Source of the DNA: Nemertoderma westbladi
Lineage: Eukaryota; Animalia; Xenacoelomorpha
Length of the DNA stretch: 64,000 nucleotides
Reading direction: 5' to 3'
NCBI GenBank assembly: GCA_032718475.1
Contig: JAUCBJ010000100.1
Span: forward strand, 37,589 to 101,588
Each line of letters opens with the position of its first letter. Positions within the stretch are counted from its first letter, which is position 1. Below the pieces are notes generated by a model, which saw only the letters and a list, made by a program, of their open reading frames with translations, was not told the DNA's origin and ran no database searches. The position numbers and the translations under genes are program-made. Shown here one piece after another: positions 13,345-26,147 of the stretch.

Positions 13345-13735
13345 AGAATGCAATGGCAATGGGCTGTCTGCTCCTTTACAATATTGTTCGACGGCTCAGG
13401 TTCGAATCCGACAAACGGCTTATGTTAACTCTGTCCCTAAGAAAGACACTAGGTAAATGTTGGTGCTTTCGCAGATCTAGCGGTACAATGGGAATCTGTT
13501 TCTACAGGGGGATCATAGAAGGGGGTCTACAATAGTTATGGAGTGTCCACATGGAAATTACTGTGTACCGTTCCCTGATGTCTTACAGGTAACAGCCAAG
13601 AGATAGAAGACTTCGACTTGCTGCTATCAAACAACCACCGCCACACCGGATGCTGTGGGTGGAGCACGGGGTGATAATCGGATTAGTTATCTGGGAAATA
13701 CGACGGTAATGCTATATTAGTGCTTATGTATGTAT
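13345..13735 (+). mobile_element. Probable tRNA-derived SINE
   Basis: B-box GGTTCGAATCC at ~13399, then tgtccctaagaaagacact (CORE/V-domain-like) and a (atgt)n-like tail at ~13726. Confidence 0.4.
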
Positions 13736-14087
13736 AATCCAACCACTCGGACCTACTGAAAAATATATGTTATAAATAACTGTTGTAAAAAAATAATATA
13801 TAAAACTCTATATAAAGAAATATATGAAATATGGTAAATAATATAAATGGTCAGAGATATATAACAAAATTACTAAAGCGATATTATGATGATGTTGCTA
13901 TGCAACAGGAAGCGGAAACTGTAAACACTTCTTTTAGGTTTTCTCTTTGGAAAAGAATGCTCGACTGGAAATTTAGAATTGTCCTTAATTAATTAATACA
14001 ACAATAACATCAATTATTACTACAATAACTATTTCGTTGACGATATTTGTGTGGTTTTTAGGAGGTCAGCTCCGGCGGTTCACTAAC

Positions 14088-14252
14088 CTTCTTCCTCGTC
14101 GTCATTGGATGATGAATTCGACTCCGTGGGACTGAATGTTAGATGGGATGGAGGCGGAGCCGTTTGACTGAATGGTAGGATGTTAATTGGTTGCCCAGCT
14201 GGATTTACAGATTTAGTGGGAAACAACATGCGAGGGTAGAGATCCCAAAAAT
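14088..14252 (-). CDS. NK7: NK7 homeobox gene, exon 2
   Basis: Strong acceptor TTTTCTTTGTAG| and donor G|GTTAGT. The exon is 165 nt, phase 1 at both ends, reads DFWDLYPRMLFP...SSSNDDEEE, and joins exon 3 in frame (G+AT=Asp). Confidence 0.75.
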
Positions 14253-14504
14253 CTACAAAGAAAACAAAACGAAATGACAATTAGTATATAAAAAGTGAAG
14301 AGCGTACAAAATTAGGCTTCGTATACTATAACCTGTTGCACCTATATTATGTTTGCTGATCTTCAAAATACCTTTTAAAACATTCGTTACATTATTGTAG
14401 CTGCTCTAAAACATTCAGACAACTGGATAGTCGATATATAGTCAGTGCCTCTGGAGTATTCATTCTCAATAAATCAATATGTAAATCAATGATGATTCAA
14501 TCAT

Positions 14505-17500
14505 CACACTGTCTACTCCAGTCACAGACTGTCTACTCCAGTCACAGACTGTCTACTCCAGTCACAGACTGTCTACTCCAGTCACAGACTGTCTACTCCA
14601 GTCACAGACTGTCTACTCCACAGACTGTCTACTCCAGTCACAGACTGTCTACTCCAGTCACACACTGTCTACTCCACAGACTGTCTACTCCAGTCACAGA
14701 CTGTCCACTCCACAGACTGTCTACTCCAGTCACAGACTGTCTTCTCCAGTCACAAACCGTCTACTCCACAGACTGTCTACTCCAGTCACAGACTGTCTAC
14801 TCCACAGACTGTCTACTCCAGTCACAGACTGTCTACTCCAGTCACAGACTGTCTACTCCAGTCACAGACTGTCTACTCCACAGACTGTCTACTCCAGTCA
14901 CAGACTGTCTACTCCAGTCACACACTGTCTACTCCACAGACTGTCTACTCCAGTCACAGACTGTCCACTCCACAGACTGTCTACTCCAGTCACAGACTGT
15001 CTTCTCCAGTCACAAACCGTCTACTCCACAGACTGTCTACTCCAGTCACAGACTGTCTACTCCACAGACTGTCTACTCCAGTCACAGACTGTCTACTCCA
15101 GTCACAGACTGTCTACTCCAGTCACAGACTGTCTACTCCACAGACTGTCTACTCCAGTCACAGACTGTCCACTCCACAGACTGTCTACTCCAGTCACAGA
15201 CTGTCTTCTCCAGTCACAAACCGTCTACTCCACAGACTGTCTACTCCAGTCACAGACTGTCTACTCCACAGACTGTCTACTCCAGTCACAGACTGTCTAC
15301 TCCAGTTACAGACTGTCTACTCCAGTTACAGACTGTCTACTCCACAGACTGTCTACTCCAGTCACAGACTGTCTACTCCAGTTACAGACTGTCTACTCCA
15401 CAGACTGTCTACTCCAGTCACAGACTGTCTACTCCACAGACTGTCTACTCCAGTCACAGACTGTCTACTCCAGTCACAGACTGTCTACTCCAGTCACAGA
15501 CTGTCTACTCCACAGACTGTCTACTCCAGTCACAGACTGTCTACTCCAGTCACAGACTGTCTACTCCAGTCACAGACTGTCTACTCCACAGACTGTCTAC
15601 TCCAGTCACAGACTGTCCACTCCACAGACTGTCTACTCCAGTCACAGACTGTCTACTCCAGTCACAGACTGTCTACTCCAGTCACAGACTGTCTACTCCA
15701 CAGACTGTCTACTCCAGTCACAGACTGTCTACTCCAGTCACAGACTGTCTACTCCAGTCACAGACTGTCTACTCCAGTCACAGACTGTCTACTCCACAAA
15801 CTGTCTACTCCAGTTACAGACTGTCTACTCCACAGACTGTCTACTCCAGTCACAGACTGTCTACTCCAGTCACAGACTGTCTACTCCAGTCACAGACTGT
15901 CTACTCCAGTCACAGACTGTCTACTCCAGTCACAGACTGTCTACTCCACAGACTGTCTACTCCAGTCACAGACTGTCTACTCCACAGACTGTCTACTCCA
16001 GTCACAGACTGTCTACTCCAGTCACAGACTGTCTACTCCGGTCACAGACTGTCTACTCCAGTCACAGACTGTCTACTCCAGTCACAGACTGTCTACTCCA
16101 CAGACTGTCTACTCCAGTCACAGACTGTCTACTCCAGTCACAGACTGTCTACTCCAGTCACAGACTGTCTACTCCAGTCACAGACTGTCTACTCCACAGA
16201 CTGTCTACTCCAGTCACAGACTGTCTACTCCAGTCACAGACTGTCTACTCCAGTCACAGACTGTCTACTCCACAGACTGTCTACTCCAGTCACAGACTGT
16301 CCACTCCACAGACTGTCTACTCCAGTCACAGACTGTCTACTCCAGTCACAGACTGTCTACTCCAGTCACAGACTGTCTACTCCACAGACTGTCTACTCCA
16401 GTCACAGACTGTCTACTCCAGTCACAGACTGTCTACTCCAGTCACAGACTGTCTACTCCAGTCACAGACTGTCTACTCCACAGACTGTCTACTCCAGTCA
16501 CAGACTGTCTACTCCAGTCACAGACTGTCTACTCCAGTCACAGACTGTCTACTCCAGTCACAGACTGTCTACTCCAGTCACAGACTGTCTACTCCAGTCA
16601 CAGACTGTCTACTCCAGTCACAGACTGTCTACTCCAGTCACAGACTGTCTACTCCAGTCACAGACTGTCTACTCCAGTCACAGACTGTCTACTCCAGTCA
16701 CAGACTGTCTACTCCACAGACTGTCTACTCCAGTCACAGACTGTCTACTCCAGTCACAGACTGTCTACTCCAGTCACAGACTGTCTACTCCACAGACTGT
16801 CTACTCCAGTCACAGACTGTCCACTCCACAGACTGTCTACTCCAGTCACAGACTGTCTACTCCAGTCACAGACTGTCTACTCCAGTCACAGACTGTCTAC
16901 TCCAGTCACAGACTGTCTACTCCACAGACTGTCTACTCCAGTCACAGACTGTCTACTCCAGTCACAGACTGTCTACTCCAGTCACAGACTGTCTACTCCA
17001 GTCACAGACTGTCTACTCCACAGACTGTCTACTCCAGTTACAGACTGTCTACTCCACAGACTGTCTACTCCAGTCACAGACTGTCTACTCCACAGACTGT
17101 CTACTCCAGTCACAGACTGTCTACTCCACAGACTGTCTACTCCAGTCACAGACTGTCTACTCCAGTCACAGACTGTCTACTCCACAGACTGTCTACTCCA
17201 GTCACAGACTGTCCACTCCACAGACTGTCTACTCCAGTCACAGACTGTCTACTCCAGTCACAGACTGTCTACTCCAGTCACAGACTGTCTACTCCACAGA
17301 CTGTCTACTCCAGTCACAGACTGTCTACTCCAGTCACAGACTGTCTACTCCAGTCACAGACTGTCTACTCCAGTCACAGACTGTCTACTCCACAGACTGT
17401 CTACTCCAGTTACAGACTGTCTACTCCACAGACTGTCTACTCCAGTCACAGACTGTCTACTCCACAGACTGTCTACTCCAGTCACAGACTGTTTACTCCA

Positions 17501-20500
17501 GTCACAGACTGTCTACTCCAGTCACAGACTGTCTACTCCAGTCACAGACTGTCTACTCCACAGACTGTCTACTCCAGTCACAGACTGTCCACTCCACAGA
17601 CTGTCTACTCCAGTCACAGACTGTATACTCCAGTTACAGACTGTCTACTCCACAGACTGTCTACTCCAGTCACAGACTGTCTACTCCACAGACTGTCTAC
17701 TCCAGTCACAGACTGTCCACTCCACAGACTGTCTACTCCAGTCACAGACTGTCTACTCCAGTCACAGACTGTCTACTCCACAGACTGTCTACTCCAGTCA
17801 CAGACTGTCCACTCCACAGACTGTCTACTCCAGTCACAGACTGTCTACTCCAGTCACAGACTGTCTACTCCAGTCACAGACTGTCTACTCCACAGACTGT
17901 CTACTCCAGTCACAGACTGTTTACTCCAGTCACAGACTGTCTACTCCAGTCACAGACTGTCTACTCCAGTCACAGACTGTCTACTCCACAGACTGTCTAC
18001 TCCAGTCACAGACTGTCCACTCCACAGACTGTCTACTCCAGTCACAGACTGTATACTCCAGTTACAGACTGTCTACTCCACAGACTGTCTACTCCAGTCA
18101 CAGACTGTCTACTCCACAGACTGTCTACTCCAGTCACAGACTGTCTACTCCAGTCACAGACTGTCCACTCCACAGACTGTCTACTCCAGTCACAGACTGT
18201 CCACTCCACAGACTGTCTACTCCAGTCACAGACTGTATACTCCAGTTACAGACTGTCTACTCCACAGACTGTCTACTCCAGTCACAGACTGTCCACTCCA
18301 CAGACTGTCTACTCCAGTCACAGACTGTATACTCCAGTTACAGACTGTCTACTCCACAGACTGTCTACTCCAGTCACAGACTGTCCACTCCACAGACTGT
18401 CTACTCCAGTCACAGACTGTCTACTCCAGTCACAGACTGTCTACTCCAGTTACAGACTGTCTACTCCACAGACTGTCTACTCCAGTCACAGACTGTCTAC
18501 TCCACAGACTGTCTACTCCAGTCACAGACTGTCTACTCCAGTTACAGACTGTCTACTCCAGTCACAGACTGTCTACTCCAGTCACAGACTGTCTACTCCA
18601 GTCACAGACTGTCTACTCCAGTCACAGACTGTCTACTCCACAGACTGTCTACTCCAGTCACAGACTGTCTACTCCAGTCACAGACTGTCTACTCCAGTCA
18701 CAGACTGTCTACTCCAGTCACAGACTGTCTACTCCACAGACTGTCTACTCCAGTTACAGACTGTCTACTCCACAGACTGTCTACTCCAGTCACAGACTGT
18801 CTACTCCACAGACTGTCTACTCCAGTCACAGACTGTTTACTCCAGTCACAGACTGTCTACTCCAGTCACAGACTGTCTACTCCAGTCACAGACTGTCTAC
18901 TCCACAGACTGTCTACTCCAGTCACAGACTGTCCACTCCACAGACTGTCTACTCCAGTCACAGACTGTATACTCCAGTTACAGACTGTCTACTCCACAGA
19001 CTGTCTACTCCAGTCACAGACTGTCTACTCCACAGACTGTCTACTCCAGTCACAGACTGTCCACTCCACAGACTGTCTACTCCAGTCACAGACTGTCTTC
19101 TCCAGTCACAGACTGTCTACTCCAGTCACAGACTGTCTACTCCACAGACTGTCTACTCCAGTCACAGACTGTCCACTCCACAGACTGTCTACTCCAGTCA
19201 CAGACTGTCTACTCCAGTCACAGACTGTCTACTCCAGTCACAGACTGTCTACTCCACAGACTGTCTACTCCAGTCACAGACTGTTTACTCCAGTCACAGA
19301 CTGTCTACTCCAGTCACAGACTGTCTACTCCAGTCACAGACTGTCTACTCCACAGACTGTCTACTCCAGTCACAGACTGTCCACTCCACAGACTGTCTAC
19401 TCCAGTCACAGACTGTATACTCCAGTTACAGACTGTCTACTCCACAGACTGTCTACTCCAGTCACAGACTGTCTACTCCACAGACTGTCTACTCCAGTCA
19501 CAGACTGTCTACTCCAGTCACAGACTGTCCACTCCACAGACTGTCTACTCCAGTCACAGACTGTCCACTCCACAGACTGTCTACTCCAGTCACAGACTGT
19601 ATACTCCAGTTACAGACTGTCTACTCCACAGACTGTCTACTCCAGTCACAGACTGTCCACTCCACAGACTGTCTACTCCAGTCACAGACTGTATACTCCA
19701 GTTACAGACTGTCTACTCCACAGACTGTCTACTCCAGTCACAGACTGTCCACTCCACAGACTGTCTACTCCAGTCACAGACTGTCTACTCCAGTCACAGA
19801 CTGTCTACTCCACAGACTGTCTACTCCAGTCACAGACTGTCTACTCCACAGACTGTCTACTCCAGTCACAGACTGTCTACTCCAGTTACAGACTGTCTAC
19901 TCCTGTCACAGACTGTCTACTCCAGTCACAGACTGTCTACTCTACAGACTGTCTACCCCACAGACTGTCAACTCCAAAGACTGTCTACTCCACAGACTGT
20001 CTACTCCACAGACTGTCTACTCCAGTTACAGACTGTCTACTCCAGTTACAGACTGTCTACTCCAGTTACAGACTGCCTACTCCAGTCACAGACTGTCTAC
20101 TCCACAGAGTGTCTACTCCAGTCACAGACTTTCTACTCCAGTTACAGACTTTCTACTCCAGTCACAGACTATCTACTCCACAGAGTGTCTACTCCACAGA
20201 CTGTCTACTCCAGTCACAGACTGTCTACTCTACAGACTGTCTACTCCACAGACTGTCTACTCCAGTCACAGACTGTCTACTCTACAGACTGTCTACTCCA
20301 GTCACAGACTGTCTACTCCAGTTACAGACTGTCTCCTCCACAGACTGTCTACTCCAGTCACAGACTGTCTACTCCACAGACTGTCTACTCCAGTCACAGA
20401 CTGTCTACTCCAGTTACAGACTGTCTACTCCTGTCACAGACTGTCTACTCCAGTCACAGACTGTCTACTCTACAGACTGTCTACCCCACAGACTGTCAAC

Positions 20501-23500
20501 TCCAAAGACTGTTTACTCCACAGACTTCTACTCCACAGACTGTCTACTCCAGTTACAGACTGTCTACTCCAGTTACAGACTGTCTACTCCAGTTACAGAC
20601 TGCCTACTCCAGTCACAGACTGTCTACTCCACAGAGTGTCTACTCCAGTCACAGACTTTCTACTCCAGTTACAGACTTTCTACTCCAGTCACAGACTATC
20701 TACTCCACAGAGTGTCTACTCCAGTCACAAACCGTCTACTCCACAGACTGTCTACTCCACAGACTGTCTACTCCAGTCACAGACTGTCTACTCTACAGAC
20801 TGTCTACTCCACAGACTGTCTACTCCACAGACTGTCTACTCCAGTCACAGACTGTCTACTCCACAGACTGTCTACTCCAGTCACAGACTGTCTACTCCAG
20901 TTACAGACTGTCTACTCCTGTCACAGACTGTCTACTCCAGTCACAGACTGTCTACTCTACAGACTGTCTACCCCACAGACTGTCAACTCCAAAGACTGTT
21001 TACTCCACAGACTTCTACTCCACAGACTGTCTACTCCAGTTACAGACTGTCTACTCCAGTTACAGACTGTCTACTCCAGTTACAGACTGCCTACTCCAGT
21101 CACAGACTGTCTACTCCACAGAGTGTCTACTCCAGTCACAGACTTTCTACTCCAGTTACAGACTTTCTACTCCAGTCACAGACTATCTACTCTACAGACT
21201 GTCTACTCCAGTCACAGACTGTCTACTCTACAGACTGTCTACTCCACAGACTGTCTACTCCAGTCACAGACTGTCTACTCTACAGACTGTCTACTCCAGT
21301 CACAGACCGTCTACTCCACAGACTGTCTACTCCACAGACTGTCTACTCCACAAAGTGTCTACTCCAGTCACAGACTGTCTACTCTACAGACTGTCTACTC
21401 CACAGACTGTCTACTCCAGTCACAAACCGTCTACTCCACAGACTGTCTACTCCAGTCACAGACTGTCTACTCTACAGACTGTCTACTCCACAGACTGTCT
21501 ACTCCAGTCACAGACTGTCTACTCCAGTCACAGACTGTCTACTCTACAGACTGTCTACTCCAGTCACAGACTGTCTACTCTACAGACTGTCTATTCCACA
21601 GACTGTCTACTCCACAGACTGCCTACTGCACAGACTGTCTACTCCACAGACTGTCTACTCCACAGAGTGTCTACTCCACAGACTGTCTACTCCACAGACT
21701 GTCTACTCCACAGACTATCTACTCCACAGACTGTCTACTTCACAGACTGTCTACTCCAGTCACAGACTATGTACTCCAGTCACAGACTGTCTACTCCACA
21801 GACTGTCTACTCCACAGACTGTCTATTCCACAGACTGTCTACTCCACAGACTGCCTACTCCACAGACTGTCTACTCCACAGACTGTCTACTCCACAGAGT
21901 GTCTACTCCAGTCACAGACTGTCTACTCTACAGACTGTCTACTCCACAGACTGTCTACTCCAGTCACAAACCGTCTACTCCACAGACTGTCTACTCCACA
22001 GACTGTCTACTCCAGTCACAGACTGTCTACTCTACAGACTGTCTACTCCACAGACTGTCTACTCCAGTCACAGACTGTCTACTCTACAGACTGTCTACTC
22101 CAGTCACAGACTGTCTACTCTACAGACTGTCTATTCCACAGACTGTCTACTCCACAGACTGCCTACTCCACAGACTGTCTACTCCACAGACTGTCTACTC
22201 CACAGAGTGTCTACTCCACAGACTGTATACTCCACAGACTGTCTACTCCACAGACTATCTACTCCACAGACTGTCTACTTCACAGACTGTCTACTCTAGT
22301 CACAGACTATGTACTCCAGTCACAGACTGTCTACTCCACAGACTGTCTACTCCACAGACTGTCTACTCCAGTCACAGAGTGTCTACTCCAGTCGCAGATT
22401 GTCTACTCCAGTCACAGACTGTCTACTCCACAGACTGTCTACTCCACAGACTGTCTTGTCTACTCCACATTCAATCATCACACTGTCTACTCCAGTCACA
22501 GACTGTCTACTCTACAGACTGTCTACTCCACAGACTGTCTACTCCAGTCACAGACTGTCTACTCTACAGACTGTCTACTCCACAGACTGTCTACTCCAGT
22601 CACAGACTGTCTACTCTACAGACTGTCTACTCCAGTCACAGACTGTCTACTCCAGTTACAGACTGTCTACTCCACAGACTGTCTACTCCAGTCACAGACT
22701 GTCTACTCCAGTCACACACTGTCTACTCCAGTCACACACTGTCTATTCTACAGACTGTCTATTCCAGTCACAGACTGTCCACTCCACAGACTGTCTACTC
22801 CAGTCACAGACTGTCTACTCCAGTTACAGACTGTCTACTCCAGTTACAGACTGTCTACTCCAGTCACAGACTGTCTACTCCAGTCACAGACTGTCTACTC
22901 TACAGACTGTCTACTCCAGTCACAGACTGTTTACTCCACAGACTGTCTACTCCACAGACTGTCTACTTCACAGACTGTCTACTCTAGTCACAGACTATGT
23001 ACTCCAGTCACAGACTGTCTACTCCACAGACTGTCTACTCCAGTCACAGACTGTCTACTCCAGTCACAGACTGTCTTCACAGACTGCCTACTCCACAGAC
23101 TGTCTACTCCACAGACTGCCTACTCCACAGACTGTCTACTCCACAGACTGTCTACTCCACAGACTGTCTACTCCAGTCACAGACTGTCTACTCCACAGAC
23201 TTCTACTCCACAGACTATCTACTCCACAGACTGCATACTCCACAGACTGTCTACTCCACAGACTGTCTACTCCAGTCACAGACTGTCTACTCCACAGACT
23301 GTCTACTCCAGTCACAGACTGTCTACTCCAGTCACAGACTGTCTACTCTACAGACTGTCTACACTACAGACTGTCTTCTCCAGTCACAAACCGTCTACTC
23401 CACAGACTGTCTACTCCACAGACTGTCTTGTCTACTCCACAGACTGCCTCCTCAACAGACTGTCTACTCCACAGACTATCTCTACTCCACAGACTGTCTT

Positions 23501-25289
23501 GTCTACTCCACAGACTGTCTTGTCTACTCCACAGACTGTCTACTCCAAGGACTATCTACTCCACAGACTGCATACTCCACGGACTGTCTACTTCACAGAC
23601 TGTCTACTCCAGTCACAGACTGTCTATTCCACAGACTGTCTACTCCACAGACTGTCTACTCCACAGACTGTCTTGTCTACTCCACAGACTGTCTTGTCTA
23701 CTCCACAGACTGTCTTGTCTACTCCACAGACTGTCTTGTCTACTCCACAGACTGCCTCCTCAACAGACTGTCTACTCCAAGGACTATCTACTCCACAGAC
23801 TGCATACTCCACGGACTGTCTACTTCACAGACTGTCTACTCCAGTCACAGACTGTCTATTCCACAGACTGTCTACTCCACAGACTGTCTACTCCACAGAC
23901 TGTCTTGTCTACTCCACAGACTGTCTTGTCTACTCCACAGACTGTCTTGTCTACTCCACAGACTGTCTTGTCTACTCCACAGACTGCCTCCTCAACAGAC
24001 TGTCTTGTCTACTCCACAGACTGTCTCTACTCCACAGACTGTCTTGTCTATTCTACAGACTGTCTTGTCTACTCCACAAACTGTCTTGTCTACTCCACAG
24101 ACTGTCTTGTCTACTCCACAGACTGTCTTGTCTACTCCACAGCCTGCCTCCTCAACAGACTGTCTTGTCTACTCCACAGACTATCTCTACTCCACAGACT
24201 GTCTTGTCTACTCCACAGACTGTCTTGTCTACTCCACAGACTGTCTACTCCAAGGACTATCTACTCCACAGACTGCATACTCCACGGACTGTCTACTTCA
24301 CAGACTGTCTTCTCCAGTCACAAACCGTCTACTCCACAGACTGTCTACTCCAGTCACAGACTGTTTACTCCAGTCACAGACTGTTTATTCCAGTCACAGA
24401 CTGTCTACTCCACAGACTGTCTACTCCAGTCACAGACTGTCTACTCCAGTTACAGACTGTTTACTCCAGTCACAGACTGTCTACTCCAGTCACAAACCGT
24501 CTACTCCACAGACTGTCTACTCCACAGACTGTCTTGTCTACTCCACAGACTGTCTTGTCTACTCCACAGACTATCTCTACTCCACAGACTGTCTACTCCA
24601 CAGACTGTCTTGTCTACTCTACAGACTGTCTTGTCTACTCCACAGCCTGCCTCCTCAACAGACTGTCTTGTCTACTCCACAGACTATCTCTACTCCACAG
24701 ACCGTCTTGTCTACTCCACAGACTGTCTTGTCTACTCCACAGACTGTCTTGTCTACTCCACAGACTGTCTTGTCTACTCCAGTCACAGACTGTCTACTCC
24801 ACAAACTGTCTACTCCAGTTACAGACTGTCTACTCCACAGACTGTCTACTCCAGTCACAGACTGTCTACTCCACAGACTGTCTACTCCAGTCACAGACTG
24901 TCTACTCCACAGACTGTCTACTCCAGTCACAGACTGTCTACTCCACAGACTGTCTACTCCAGTCACAGACTGTCTTCTCCAGTCACAAACCGTCTACTCC
25001 ACAGACTGTCTACTCCACAGACTGTCTTGTCTACTCCACAGACTGTCTTGTCTACTCCACAGACTGTCTTGTCTACTCCACAGACTGTCTTGTCTACTCC
25101 ACAGACTGTCTACTCCAGTCACAGACTGTCTTCTCCAGTCACAAACCGTCTACTCCACAGACTGTCTACTCCACAGACTGTCTTGTCTACTCCACAGACT
25201 GTCTTGTCTACTCCACAGACTGTCTTGTCTACTCCACAGACTGTCTACTCAACGGACTGTCTACTCCACAGATTGTCTACTCCACAGAC
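14505..25289. repeat. 10.8-kb satellite of 16/20/21-bp units (cacagactgtctactc +/- cagt; cacagactgtcttgtctactc) in NK7 intron 1
   Basis: Directly visible; source of the 2832-, 1736-, 1050-, 768- and 704-aa ORFs. Confidence 0.97.
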
Positions 25290-25506
25290 AGTACGTCATT
25301 TGATTGTTATATATTATAACACCCAAATCCCAATCCTAAAAGTATATCTGAATTTACTATATTTTTTCCTTACATTATTTCCAAAGACCACATTCATAGT
25401 GTATACCAAACCACGATATACTCATCCATTACCTTACAATATTACACACGACACACCCTAGTCCGTTCGGAGGGCCTATAGCTGCTTCATGCACTATTTC
25501 GCTCAC

Positions 25507-25645
25507 CTGGTATTTTCTTTGTTGGATATATGAACGCGGAAGACAGTAAACTGTTCCTCGCACTGGGGTTTTGATTTTCCGTAGAACTTCTCAAATTCTC
25601 GTTTGTTTCAAGGATGTCCCGAATTCGAAACGATTTCAATGCCAT
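25507..25645 (-). CDS. NK7: NK7 homeobox gene, exon 1 with eh1/TN Groucho-binding motif
   Basis: ATG at 25645 gives MALKSFRIRDILETNENLRSS...PTKKIP followed by G|GTGAGC (phase 1, matching exon 2). SFRIRDIL fits the eh1 consensus FxIxxIL typical of NK proteins. Confidence 0.8.
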
Positions 25646-25769
25646 ATTTTATGGTTTTAAAAATTTCAAATCTAAAATACACCTTTTCTTGGCAGATTTG
25701 ACTTGCTGACATCGATGTACTTAAGTTTATTTACAATCAATTTGGTATCATTAACAAGCAATGCCTGCA

Positions 25770-25855
25770 ATGGATTGGATTCTATACCAGTAGATGCTAA
25801 CAACAACTGTGATTGGTCACAGTGTCCAAAGGGATGCTTCGTGATTGGACTACAA
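25770..25855 (-). promoter_or_regulatory. CCAAT-box cluster, putative NK7 promoter
   Basis: GATTGG (CCAATC on the gene strand) at ~25773, ~25811 and ~25843, 130-200 bp upstream of the ATG. Confidence 0.45.
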
Positions 25856-26147
25856 GGTTGTACAAAGTTACCGGTGGAGGGAGGAGGATAGTTAAAGATT
25901 TAAATAACTGCCCCGATCTAACTGCCTAACTTAAAATTGGCCCCGTAAATAGAAAATAAACATTTATTAGGCCTTCTTCTGTTTATATACATCGGATGCA
26001 TTGCCTGTCGGCCGCGTACAATCCCAACACCTCCATACTTCGCTATCAGCCGTATAAATCCCCAATTCATATACATTTAAAAACCAAGATAATTTTAGCG
26101 AACATATCAGACGCATTCGATTAACGCTTTTTGGCACTTTCTTACTT

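Noticed and set aside
14489-25461. 2832-aa and other giant ORFs
   Set aside because: All three plus frames are open because the satellite unit lacks stop codons; the peptides are frame permutations of the same repeat and lie antisense in an intron.
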